64,000 bases of DNA from Myxococcales bacterium (GTDB lineage: Bacteria > Myxococcota_A > Polyangia > Polyangiales > DASUME01), in the NCBI GenBank assembly GCA_047601445.1, contig JASGJH010000001.1, positions 4,736,001 through 4,800,000 on the forward strand, in the 5' to 3' direction. Below, in pieces: positions 21,310 to 30,905 of the stretch; the stretch's first letter is position 1, and each line of letters begins with the position of its first letter. The notes beneath the pieces are model-generated. The model did not search any database. It saw only the letters and a program-made list of their open reading frames with translations, and was not told the DNA's origin. The position numbers and the translations under genes are program-made.

Positions 21310-23262
21310 ATGCGTTCAAGGGGCCGGAGTAACGGAGCATTGTGGCTGTTGGTGTGGGCGTTGACCACGGGAGGCTGCGCCCACGATGGGCCCGTCACCA
21401 ACGAGCACGTCGAGCTGCGCAGCACGCCTGTGGCCGCGGTGCGGGTCGATAAGCCGGCGAACCAGCGCAGCGAGCGCGTCGCGCAGCCCAGCACGTCCGT
21501 GTCCGCGGTACAGGTCGATAAGCCGGCCGACAAGGACACTGCGGCCGCACCGAGCGATCCGACTGGCCCCGTGGTGGTGGAAGCGGTTCCGGAGCAGGAG
21601 CGCAGCGAAGACCGCAAGCAAGACGATGCGTCTCTGCAGCGCGCTGCGCCCCCCGCTCCAGTGAAGCGCTCTGCGCGCGCGAAGGCGGCTGCGGGCAGCG
21701 TCGCCGTGGGCGACATGGCCTTTAGCGTCAGCTCGAGTGGAGCGGGCTATGGCATCGGAGGCGCCGCACTCGGCGCAGGGGGCATGGTGGCTGCGAGTCC
21801 GGTGCAGAAGCAGCTCGAAGCCCAGCCGCTCGAGATGAACCGCGAGGCCTACGCCCACATCGCCGAACAGAGCTTCTCTCCCGCGCGCGAGGAGCCCCTC
21901 TCCACCTTCTCCATCGACGTGGACACCGCAAGCTACGCCAACGTACGGCGCTTCCTGCGCGACGGCAGCCTGCCGCCGGCCGACGCGGTGCGCATCGAAG
22001 AGCTGGTGAACTACTTCGACTACGACTACCCCAAGCCGAGTGCTGGCGAGCCTTTCTCGATCTACGCGGAGGTGGGCGATTGCCCGTGGAATCCTGCACA
22101 TCGCCTGGTGCACATCGGCGTGCAGGGGCGTGAAATCGCGCAGGAGAACGTGCCCGCACGCAACCTGGTGTTTCTGGTGGACGTGTCGGGCTCGATGCAG
22201 GATCCGAACAAACTCCCGCTGCTGAAGCAAGGCCTGACCATGTTGGCGCGCAACCTGCGCCCGGAGGATCGCGTGTCCATCGCGGTGTACGCGGGCTCCT
22301 CCGGACTCGCCCTGCCCTCCACCAGCGGAAAGAACCCGAGCGAGATCATCGACGCACTCTCGCGCCTCGAGGCAGGCGGCTCCACCAACGGCGCCGAGGG
22401 CATCCAGCTCGCTTACCAGGAGGCCCAAAAACACTTCGTGAAGGGCGGCATCAACCGCGTGATCCTCGCCACCGACGGCGACTTCAACGTGGGCATGACC
22501 AGCGAGGGCGAGCTGGTGCGCTTGATCGAGGAGAAGCGCAAGAGCGGCGTGTTCCTGACGGTGCTCGGCTTTGGCAGCGGCAATCTGCAGGATTCGCGCA
22601 TGGAGCAGCTGGCCGACAAGGGCAACGGCAACTACGCCTACATCGATTCGCTGGCCGAGGCGCACAAGGTGCTGGTGCGGGAGGCGGGCTCGACCCTGGT
22701 CACCATCGCCAAGGACGTGAAGCTGCAGGTCGAATGGAACCCGACCCACGTCGCGAGCTATCGCTTGATCGGCTACGAAAACCGGGCGCTCGCGGCTCGT
22801 GACTTCAACGATGACAAGAAGGACGCCGGCGAGATCGGCGCCGGCCACAACGTGACTGCGCTCTACGAGATCGTGCCCGCCGGCAGCGAGGAGCCCGGAT
22901 CACCGCGCGTGGACCCGCTGCGCTATCAAGCCAAGCCGGGCGACACGGCCAAGGCCTTCGAAGGTGAGCTGTTGACGGTGAAGGTCCGCTACAAGGCTCC
23001 CGATGGCGAGACGAGTCAGCTGGTGACGCGTTCACTCGCCGATCAGCACCGCGCGCTTGCCTCGACCTCCGACTCCTTCCGCTTCTCGGCCGCGGTGGCC
23101 GGCTTCGGCATGTTGCTGCGCGACTCCAAGCACAAGGGCGCCGCCACACTCGACACGCTCTCCGAGCTCGCGCGTGGTGCCAGCAAGCAGGACGCTCACG
23201 GTGATCGTGGCGAACTCCTGGACATGATGAACGCCGCGCGACGCCTGGGCCTGGGTGGCTGA
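21310..23262 (+). CDS. vWA domain lipoprotein (YfbK/DUF3520 type)
   Basis: TGGC lipobox, PLSTFSIDVDTASY, MIDAS DVSGSM, LATDGDFNVG, DAGEIGAGH; GGGAGG RBS. Confidence 0.9.
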   Translation: MRSRGRSNGALWLLVWALTTGGCAHDGPVTNEHVELRSTPVAAVRVDKPANQRSERVAQPSTSVSAVQVDKPADKDTAAAPSDPTGPVVVEAVPEQERSEDRKQDDASLQRAAPPAPVKRSARAKAAAGSVAVGDMAFSVSSSGAGYGIGGAALGAGGMVAASPVQKQLEAQPLEMNREAYAHIAEQSFSPAREEPLSTFSIDVDTASYANVRRFLRDGSLPPADAVRIEELVNYFDYDYPKPSAGEPFSIYAEVGDCPWNPAHRLVHIGVQGREIAQENVPARNLVFLVDVSGSMQDPNKLPLLKQGLTMLARNLRPEDRVSIAVYAGSSGLALPSTSGKNPSEIIDALSRLEAGGSTNGAEGIQLAYQEAQKHFVKGGINRVILATDGDFNVGMTSEGELVRLIEEKRKSGVFLTVLGFGSGNLQDSRMEQLADKGNGNYAYIDSLAEAHKVLVREAGSTLVTIAKDVKLQVEWNPTHVASYRLIGYENRALAARDFNDDKKDAGEIGAGHNVTALYEIVPAGSEEPGSPRVDPLRYQAKPGDTAKAFEGELLTVKVRYKAPDGETSQLVTRSLADQHRALASTSDSFRFSAAVAGFGMLLRDSKHKGAATLDTLSELARGASKQDAHGDRGELLDMMNAARRLGLGG

Positions 23263-23395
23263 GCGCGGGCGCGCCCCGCTCGCACAAGGCTGGCACGAGG
23301 AGCCGGGCGCCGACTTTGTCAGCGCTCGGCTTTTTCCACACAGATCGTTTTTCGCGCTGACGCGTCGGTACGAGCACAACGAGGAGTTCCGCGCC

Positions 23396-24325
23396 ATGTC
23401 GCCGAAACTGGGTCACTTTTTTCTCGCTCTCCTGCTGGGTGCGCTGTTCATTCAAGTGGGACTGAACTGCGCCAAAGCCGAGCCACCGTACGAAATCGTA
23501 CTCGAGGACGAGTTCGGCAACCGCTTGCCCACCTACGCCCACCGCGGCGAGTGGTTCGCGCAGGGCCGTGAGGGGCAGCGCTACAACGTGCGCGTGGTCA
23601 ACAACAGCGGGCGGCGTGTGGAAGCCGTGGTCACAGTGGACGGGCGCGACGTGCTTAGCGGTCAGCCCGGCGACTTCAAGAGCCAGCGCGGCTATCTCGT
23701 GCCCGCCTACGGCTCGGTGGTGATCGACGGTTTCCGCACCAGCCTGAGCGAGGTCGCGGCCTTCCGCTTCACCCACCCGGACAACAGCTACTCCTCGCGC
23801 ATGGGCACGCCAGAGAACGTGGGCGTGGTCGGCGCCGCCTTCTTCCCGGAGCGTGAGCGCGAGCCCGTCTACCGCCCGCAGATCCCGCGTCGCCCCTACT
23901 ACGAGCCCTACAGCGGCAACTCGCACGACTCGCGCCGCAAGAGCGGTAGCTACGACGGCCTCGGCAGCAGCGGCCCCGGGCAGGGCGGCGGCGGTCGAGC
24001 CGAGGCGAAGCCCGCGGCTCCCAGTGCCAGCGCTCCTGCCGCAGAAGCATCCGCACGCGCCTATCGAGAACAGCCCGCAGACGACGAGAGCAACATCGGC
24101 ACCGAGTACGGCGAGCAGCAGTACAGTGCCGTCACCGAGGTGGCCTTCACGCGGGCACGCAAGAGTCCCGACCGCGTGCTCACCGTGCGCTACGACGACT
24201 ACGAAGGCCTGCTCGCGCGCGGTGTCTTGCCCCGCCCCGCTCCGCGCCCCTACGCCGGTCCCAGCGCGTTCCCGGTCAACCGTTTCGCCCCGCCGCCCCC
24301 GCCGCCTCGCTCTTACTGGAACTGA
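23396..24325 (+). CDS. Secreted conserved hypothetical protein
   Basis: Signal peptide; GQRYNVRVVN, VTVDGRDVLSG, RGYLVPAY, NVGVVGAAFF, GTEYGE; GAGGAG RBS. Confidence 0.75.
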   Translation: MSPKLGHFFLALLLGALFIQVGLNCAKAEPPYEIVLEDEFGNRLPTYAHRGEWFAQGREGQRYNVRVVNNSGRRVEAVVTVDGRDVLSGQPGDFKSQRGYLVPAYGSVVIDGFRTSLSEVAAFRFTHPDNSYSSRMGTPENVGVVGAAFFPEREREPVYRPQIPRRPYYEPYSGNSHDSRRKSGSYDGLGSSGPGQGGGGRAEAKPAAPSASAPAAEASARAYREQPADDESNIGTEYGEQQYSAVTEVAFTRARKSPDRVLTVRYDDYEGLLARGVLPRPAPRPYAGPSAFPVNRFAPPPPPPRSYWN

Positions 24326-25628
24326 GCGGTGGCCGCGACGCGCGGACCGGTGCGCCGGGTTGCAAGCGGCCGCCAGTGATGAGACGGGCACCACGCCGAT
24401 AGGTGAAGTAGGACCAGGCCCAGTCGAACATCACGAGCAGGCGATTGCGGAAACCGATCAAATACCAGATGTGCACCATCAGCCAGGCGAGCCAGGCGAG
24501 GAAGCCGCTGAGCTTGAGACGTCCAGCCTCGGCGATGGCACGTGAACGTCCGATGGTGGCCATGCTGCCCTTGTCGAAGTAGCGGAACGGCTGGCGGGCC
24601 GCAGGCGCGGTCCCCGACGACTTGGCGCGCAGCTCGCTGGCGATGACCTGGGCCACGTAGCGCCCCATCTGCATCGCCACGGGACTGACCCCCGGCAAGG
24701 GCTTGCCATGCGCGTCGAGCATGAAGGCGGCGTCACCGATCACGAACACGTCGGGACGTCCCTTGAGCGCGCAGTCGGGACCCACCACGGCACGTCCCGA
24801 GCGGTCGAGTTCGAGACCGATGGTCTTGAGCAGCGGCGAGGCCGATACACCCGCTGCCCACAGCACCGTGTCGGCCGCGATGACCTCGCCGTTGGCGAGC
24901 GTGACTCCGTCGCTCCCGATGCGCGACACCATGGAGCCGGTGCGCACGTGCACACCGAGCTCCGAGAGCTGCTGGACCGCACGCTCGGACAGGTCTGGCT
25001 CGAAGGTCGAGAGCACGCGTGGGCCGGCCTCGATCAACAACACGCGAGCCTCCGAGGGCTTCACGTGCCTGAAATCTCGGCTCAACACGTGGCGCGCCAG
25101 CTCGGCGATGGCGCCCGCGAGCTCCACGCCGGTGGGGCCGCCCCCGATGACCACGAAGCTCAACAGCTTGGCGCGCAGCGCGGGATCGCCCGCGCGCTCC
25201 GCGGCCTCGAAGGCCACCAGCACGCGACGGCGGATTTCCACGGCATCGTCGAGGTTCTTGAGACCAGGCGCAAAGTGCTCCCACTCATCGTGCCCGAAGT
25301 AATGCGTGCGCGCTCCGGGCGCCAATACGAGATAGTCGTAGGGCAAACCGCCGCCCTCCATGAGCAGCACGCGCTTCTGCTCCAGGTCCACCCCGGTGAC
25401 CTCATCGAGCAGCACGGTGACTCGACGTAGCTTGTGCACGATCGAGCGGATGGGCGCGGCGATCTCGCTGGGTGCCAGGCCCGCCATCGCCACCTGATAC
25501 AGGAGCGGCTGGAACAGATGGTGGTTCTGGCGATCGACGAGGGTAACATCCGCGTCGACGCGCTTGAGCGCTTGCACGGTGGTGAGTCCGCCGAAGCCCC
25601 CACCGACGATGACTATTTTGGCGCTCAT
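24276..25628 (-). CDS. ndh: Type II NADH:quinone oxidoreductase
   Basis: IVGGGFGG, HLFQPLLYQVA, IGGGPTGVELAG, YFDKGSMATIGR. Confidence 0.93.
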   Translation of the reverse strand: MSAKIVIVGGGFGGLTTVQALKRVDADVTLVDRQNHHLFQPLLYQVAMAGLAPSEIAAPIRSIVHKLRRVTVLLDEVTGVDLEQKRVLLMEGGGLPYDYLVLAPGARTHYFGHDEWEHFAPGLKNLDDAVEIRRRVLVAFEAAERAGDPALRAKLLSFVVIGGGPTGVELAGAIAELARHVLSRDFRHVKPSEARVLLIEAGPRVLSTFEPDLSERAVQQLSELGVHVRTGSMVSRIGSDGVTLANGEVIAADTVLWAAGVSASPLLKTIGLELDRSGRAVVGPDCALKGRPDVFVIGDAAFMLDAHGKPLPGVSPVAMQMGRYVAQVIASELRAKSSGTAPAARQPFRYFDKGSMATIGRSRAIAEAGRLKLSGFLAWLAWLMVHIWYLIGFRNRLLVMFDWAWSYFTYRRGARLITGGRLQPGAPVRASRPPLSSSKSEAAGAAGRNG

Positions 25629-25749
25629 TCGACACCCGCGCCGCGCGTGGAACCCGAGTAGCCCTGGGCCATGCGTTTTTTCTACGCCGGCCCCCGGCGG
25701 GGCGCCATGCGACGTTGCTCGCGGCGCCCGCCGGCCTTACAAGCCCTGG

Positions 25750-27318
25750 ATGGTTGCTGCTTCGGTGCGCGCTTTCTTCCGTGTCGCTCGTCTCGCACCC
25801 TGCTTGGGATTGCTGGCAGCCTGTACAGGCCCCAAGCGCGAAGCTCCGGCCCGGCGCGAGCCTCCCAAGGCCGCACCGCTGCCCGCCTTCTCCGGCCCCA
25901 CCAGCTCGCTCGAACGCCCGCCGGTGGAGGTCCCCGCACAGCTCGACTACCTCATCTTCGGCGGCGGCAGCGAGCCGCTCTCCAATCAAATCTCGTTGGC
26001 GCAGGATCTCAACTTCGCGCGCGAGTTGCTCGATGGCCGAGGCCTCACCCTGTTCGCCAGCGGGCCCAACGCGCCAGTATCCGTCGAGGATCGCAGGTCC
26101 GAGAACGAACGGCCCGATCTCACGCGCGAGCTTGCGCGCATGTTCGGCGTCCCCGGCGCCGACGCCACACGCTACGAAGCCGCTCCACTCAGCAGCGACG
26201 GACCGAGCACCGCTGACCAGGTGCTGCACGCACTCGAGAAGGGATTGAGCCACGGCAAGGAGCCGCTGTTCGTGTACGCAGCGTGCCACGGCGATCAGGG
26301 CGCACAACCTGCGGACAACACGCTCAGCTTGTGGGGCGGCTGGGGACTCAAGGTCACCGATCTCACGGCCGTGCTTGATCGTCACGAGGACAACCCGCGT
26401 GGCACGCGCTTCGTGATCACGGCGTGCTTCGGCGGTGGCTTCGCGGAGCTCGCCTTCGTGGCGGGCGATCCCAAGCGCGGCGCGCGCTCACCGGAGCACT
26501 GTGGACTGTTCGCCGCTCCCTGGGACGAAGAAGCCAGCGGCTGCGATCCGAACCCCGACCGCCGCGTGCAGGAGTCCTACTCGATTCATTTCATGCACGC
26601 ACTGGCGGGCCAGGACCGGCGTCAGCACCCGCGCATGCACGAGATCGATCTCAACGGAGATCAGCGCGTGAGCTTGCTCGAAGCCCATACCTATGCGCGC
26701 ATCGCGAGCCGCTCGTTCGACACACCGACCACGACCTCCGAGCGCTACTTGCGCGAGGTCAGCCCCAACCCGGGCCGTGCCACCCCTCGAGTCGCGCTCG
26801 ACCCGTTGGCCGCGCCCGAAGAAGTCGCCATCGTGCGCGCCCTGGGCGAAGAGCTCGAGCTGAGCTCGGAAGCCGAAGCCAAGGCCAAGTTGAGCGAGCT
26901 CGACGGCATCCTGACCGACGCGAACCAACAAGTGAGCAAGGCTCAACAGACGGCCGACGACGCCTACTACGCCCTGCGCATCGCCCTGCTTGAGCGCTTT
27001 CCGCTACTCGAGCATCCCTGGGAGCAGCGCGGACGTGACCTGATCGCCCAACAGGCCGTCGAAATCAGCAAACTCCTCACGGAGTCAGACCTGGCTCAGG
27101 AACACGTGCAAGCCTCCCACGAGCTCGATCAGGCCGTGATCGACCAGGACTCCGTGCGCGTTGCGCGCGCGCGTGTGCAGCGCCTCGTTCGGGCCTACGA
27201 GACCCTGCGCCTGGCGACCGCGCTCAAGAAAAAGAGCGGGCCGGATTACACCCATTTTGCAGCGCTCCGCCGCTGTGAAAACTGGGTGCCGAGATTGCGG
27301 AGCGGCGGTCGTCCGTGA
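25750..27318 (+). CDS. Lipoprotein, putative clan CD (caspase/legumain-fold) cysteine peptidase with helical C-terminus
   Basis: LAAC lipobox; LFVYAACHG (His-Gly), FVITACFGGGF (Cys), DLNGDQRVSLLEA loop. Confidence 0.6.
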   Translation: MVAASVRAFFRVARLAPCLGLLAACTGPKREAPARREPPKAAPLPAFSGPTSSLERPPVEVPAQLDYLIFGGGSEPLSNQISLAQDLNFARELLDGRGLTLFASGPNAPVSVEDRRSENERPDLTRELARMFGVPGADATRYEAAPLSSDGPSTADQVLHALEKGLSHGKEPLFVYAACHGDQGAQPADNTLSLWGGWGLKVTDLTAVLDRHEDNPRGTRFVITACFGGGFAELAFVAGDPKRGARSPEHCGLFAAPWDEEASGCDPNPDRRVQESYSIHFMHALAGQDRRQHPRMHEIDLNGDQRVSLLEAHTYARIASRSFDTPTTTSERYLREVSPNPGRATPRVALDPLAAPEEVAIVRALGEELELSSEAEAKAKLSELDGILTDANQQVSKAQQTADDAYYALRIALLERFPLLEHPWEQRGRDLIAQQAVEISKLLTESDLAQEHVQASHELDQAVIDQDSVRVARARVQRLVRAYETLRLATALKKKSGPDYTHFAALRRCENWVPRLRSGGRP

Positions 27319-27392
27319 TACGCGTGTGGCTCCTTTCACCTGGGTGCGCTGTGCCATGATCGCGCCCTCGAGACGCCAGGGAGCGCGCAAAC

Positions 27393-28889
27393 ATGAGCTT
27401 ATTCAGGGGATTTTTGGGCCTGACCGCAGTGGCGGCATGGTCATCTGTGTTGGGTTGCGGGGAGAACGATAGCCCCGCCGGAGCGGACAAGGGCGACCAG
27501 CAGGGCAATGAGCAGGCCCTGGTCACCTGGCACCAACACGTGGCGCCCGTGATCACGGAGAAGTGCACGGCGTGCCACACCGAGGGCGGCATCGCTCCGT
27601 TCTCGCTGACCAGTTACGCCAACGCCAAGGCCGTGGCTTCGCAGGTGGCCGCTGCCGTCATGGAAGGCCGCATGCCGCCTTACCTCGCGCAGGAGACCCC
27701 CGACTGTCAGCCGCGCCTCCACTGGGCCAACGACCTGCGCCTGAGCGCCGAGCAGAAGACGATGATCCAGACCTGGGTGGACAACGGCACGCCGGAGGGC
27801 GATCCCGCCACCGCCGCCGAGATCAAGCACCCCGCGCCGGTGGCGCTGCCGCGCGAAGACATCGTGATGAACTGGCCCGAAGCCATCGCGGTGGACGGTA
27901 CCAAGGACATCCACACCTGCATCATCGTCGATCCCCAGCTCACCGCCGACTCCTACGTCACCGGTCGCCTGATCACCTCGGGCAACAAGAAGGTGCTGCA
28001 CCACGTGGTGTCGTACGTCATCGCGCCCGGCCAGAATGCGGACGGCACGCCGCGCACCAAGGCCCAGCTCGAAGAGGCCGTGAAGGCCCAAAAGGGCGTG
28101 GGCATCGGCGGTCGCTACGACTGCTTCGGCGGCGCGGGCTTCCAATCCGGCGGCGGCGTCTCCACGGAGATGCTCGACGCATGGGCGCCGGGCGGCGTGG
28201 CCAACCTGGCTCCCGAAGACTCCGGTCAGCCCGTCCTCAAGGACTCGTTGGTGCTGCTGGACGTCCACTACCATCCCACCGGCAAGCCCGAGGTGGACTC
28301 GGGCAGCAAGCTCTCCTTGATGCTCTCGCAGACGCGCCCCAGTCGCATCTCGCGCAGCATTCTGCTCGGCAACTTCACGCAGCCCGAGAGCGCGCCCTAC
28401 ACCTCGATGTACGGCGACGGCATGCTGATCAAGCAACCCGACGAGACCGAGGCCAAGTTCCTCATCCCCGCCAATGCCAAGGATCACGTCGAAGAGATGA
28501 CCTGGACCTGGAAGGCCCTGAGCAGCGACGGCTTGCGCGTGATGGGCATGGGCACGCACATGCACTACGTGGGCCGCGGCATGCGCATCACGCTCGAGCG
28601 CGCGAACGGCGACTCGGAGTGCCTGATCGAGACGCCCCGGTACGACTTCAACTGGCAGCGCGGCTACGGCTACGACGCCGCCTTCGAGCAGCTCCCGATG
28701 ATGGGCGTGGGTGACACGCTGCGCATGCGTTGCATCTACGACAACAGCATGGACAACAACTTCGTCCGTCAAGCGCTCGACGATCAGGGCTTGGATGCGC
28801 CCGTGGACGTGCCGCTCGGTGAGGACACGTTGAACGAGATGTGCCTGGGCGCCGTGGGCATCATCTATCCGAACCTCACCGGTCCCTGA
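27393..28889 (+). CDS. Copper type II monooxygenase-like lipoprotein with N-terminal c-type heme motif
   Basis: VLGC lipobox, KCTACH, MPP, LHH, HYH, HMH, YDFNWQ, EMC. Confidence 0.85.
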   Translation: MSLFRGFLGLTAVAAWSSVLGCGENDSPAGADKGDQQGNEQALVTWHQHVAPVITEKCTACHTEGGIAPFSLTSYANAKAVASQVAAAVMEGRMPPYLAQETPDCQPRLHWANDLRLSAEQKTMIQTWVDNGTPEGDPATAAEIKHPAPVALPREDIVMNWPEAIAVDGTKDIHTCIIVDPQLTADSYVTGRLITSGNKKVLHHVVSYVIAPGQNADGTPRTKAQLEEAVKAQKGVGIGGRYDCFGGAGFQSGGGVSTEMLDAWAPGGVANLAPEDSGQPVLKDSLVLLDVHYHPTGKPEVDSGSKLSLMLSQTRPSRISRSILLGNFTQPESAPYTSMYGDGMLIKQPDETEAKFLIPANAKDHVEEMTWTWKALSSDGLRVMGMGTHMHYVGRGMRITLERANGDSECLIETPRYDFNWQRGYGYDAAFEQLPMMGVGDTLRMRCIYDNSMDNNFVRQALDDQGLDAPVDVPLGEDTLNEMCLGAVGIIYPNLTGP

Positions 28890-28901
28890 GCCACGGCGAG
28901 C

Positions 28902-30167
28902 TCACTGCGTGGGCTCGTCGTCACGCTCGAGGTCTTGCAGGCGACGCTCGAGAAAACGCCGCTCGGCGAGGTTGGTCACCAGGGGCAGCGCTTCGCGATA
29001 GGCCTGGGCCGCTTCCCGGCGGCGCCCGAGTCGGACAAGCAAGGCCGCGCGCGCGGCGGGCAGATGGTGGTAGCTCTCGAGCGTGCCCGCGCGAGAGAGC
29101 GCCGCGAGCATCGAGAGTCCGGCTTCGGGTCCATCGCGCATGGCCACCGCCACGGCGTGATTGAGCGCGATCACGGGCGAGTCCTCGCGCGCGCGCAGAC
29201 GCGCATAGAGCGCGGCGATTTGGCCCCAGTCGGTGTCCTCGGGCGTGCGCGCGCGGGCATGGATGGCGGCCACGGCCGCCTGCAGCGTGTAGCTCTGGTG
29301 GGCTCCCTCCTGGAGCGCACGGTCCAGCTGCGCCAGACCTTCGCGGATCTGCTCCTGGTTCCACAACCGACGATCCTGCTCCTCCAGGAGCACCAGGTCG
29401 CCGGCCGGATTCACGCGCGCCAGCCGCCGCGAGTCCTGCAGCAGCAGCAAGGCCAAGAGCGCGCGTAGCTCGGGTTGTCGCGGCAACAGCTCGCAGGCGA
29501 GGTGCCCGAGCCGAATCGCTTCGGCCGCCAGATCCGCGCGCAGCAAGGTGGGACCGAAGCTGGCCGAGTAGCCCTCGTTGAAGATCAAGTACACCACCGA
29601 CATCACGGGCCCCAAGCGCTCGGGGAGCTCCTCCTCGGGTGGCACGCGGTACGGAATCGCGGCCACTCGGATCTTCTGCTTTGCCCGCACCAGGCGCTGC
29701 GCCATGGTGGCCACGGGCACCAGGAAGGCGCGCGCGATCTCCTCGGTGCTCAGTCCGCCGAGCGTTCGCAACGTGAGTGCGACCTGCGCCTCCAGCGCGA
29801 GCGCCGGGTGACAGCACGTGAAGATCAAGCGCAGCCGGTCGTCTTCCAGGGCCGTCGGCTCGGCCCACTCATCGGCCGCGACGTCGTCCGGCCGATCTCC
29901 CTCCAGCACGAAGGCGAGTTCCTCACGGCGACGCTCCTTCATGACCTGGTGGCGAATCTGGTCCACGCCCTTGTTGCGGGCGGTGCGGATCAACCAGGCT
30001 CGCGGCTGCTCCGGGATCCCCGCTTCCTCCCACTGCGCGAGCGCCTGCTCGAACGCGAGCGCCAGCGCATCCTCGGCCACGTCGATATCGCCGAGCAGGC
30101 GGATCAACGTGGCGAGGATGCGGCCGCGCTCGGCCTGGAAGATCTCTGCGATGCGTTCCCGATGCAT
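28902..30167 (-). CDS. ECF sigma factor with TPR-like C-terminal extension (ECF42-like)
   Basis: DDRLRLIFTCCHPAL, TMAQRLVRAK, VYLIFNEGY, LEEQDRRLW, TDWGQI. Confidence 0.92.
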   Translation of the reverse strand: MHRERIAEIFQAERGRILATLIRLLGDIDVAEDALALAFEQALAQWEEAGIPEQPRAWLIRTARNKGVDQIRHQVMKERRREELAFVLEGDRPDDVAADEWAEPTALEDDRLRLIFTCCHPALALEAQVALTLRTLGGLSTEEIARAFLVPVATMAQRLVRAKQKIRVAAIPYRVPPEEELPERLGPVMSVVYLIFNEGYSASFGPTLLRADLAAEAIRLGHLACELLPRQPELRALLALLLLQDSRRLARVNPAGDLVLLEEQDRRLWNQEQIREGLAQLDRALQEGAHQSYTLQAAVAAIHARARTPEDTDWGQIAALYARLRAREDSPVIALNHAVAVAMRDGPEAGLSMLAALSRAGTLESYHHLPAARAALLVRLGRRREAAQAYREALPLVTNLAERRFLERRLQDLERDDEPTQ

Positions 30168-30212
30168 GACGACCTACCGAGTGAGCGCCGCGAAGGTGGA
30201 CGCGAGGCGGAG

Positions 30213-30563
30213 TCAGCGATTGAACACCATGATCGGGCGCACCTCGATGCTCCCCATGCGGGCCGAGGGGATGCGCGCTGCGATGCGGATCGCCTCGTCG
30301 AGATTCTCGGCATCGATGAGGTAGTAGCCGCCGAGCTGCTCCTTGGTCTCCGCGAACGGGCCGTCCGTGGTCAAAGTCTTGCCCTCGCGCACGCGCACGG
30401 TGGTAGCCGTGGAGGTGGGCTGCAGCGCGTTGCCGCCGCGCATGTGCCCGCTCTTGGCGATGCTGTCCGTGAACTCCTTGTACTCGGTCATCATCTCGGC
30501 CTGGCCGGAGACCTTGGGGGACAGGTTCTTTTCGTTATCGTAGATGAGCAACAGGTATTGCAT
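30213..30563 (-). CDS. YciI/DGPF family protein
   Basis: MQYLLLIY, TDGPFAETKEQLGGYY, IEVRP; typical partner upstream of ECF42. Confidence 0.92.
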   Translation of the reverse strand: MQYLLLIYDNEKNLSPKVSGQAEMMTEYKEFTDSIAKSGHMRGGNALQPTSTATTVRVREGKTLTTDGPFAETKEQLGGYYLIDAENLDEAIRIAARIPSARMGSIEVRPIMVFNR

Positions 30564-30905
30564 GACGGTTCCTTGGGTAGTCGGACCAGCCGGTCCTACC
30601 TTAGGTCGAGCGACCCCCGGCCCGATCGACAAGCTCCTCGAGTTTTTTCTCTGGGTCGAGCCGATTTGCGGAAAGGCCAACGATTCCTGGAATATCGCGT
30701 CTCCTACCGAGCGCGTGATGGGGGCCACGCCGCGGACTGAACCAGCGACCAGTGCAGGAACTCGTTGGCCCGGGGTCTGACGCTCGAAGGGTGATTCGTC
30801 GGGTCTTCGCGAGATCGCGAGCCAGATTTCCCGGGTAGCCGTCGTAACAGGGCTGGGGGTCCTCGCTCCAGGAGGGCCTTCTGCGCCTTGGGAGGACGAG
30901 GGCCT

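Noticed and set aside
28902..30563. DGPF/YciI plus extended ECF sigma operon as a novel system
   Set aside because: It matches the already described ECF42-type arrangement
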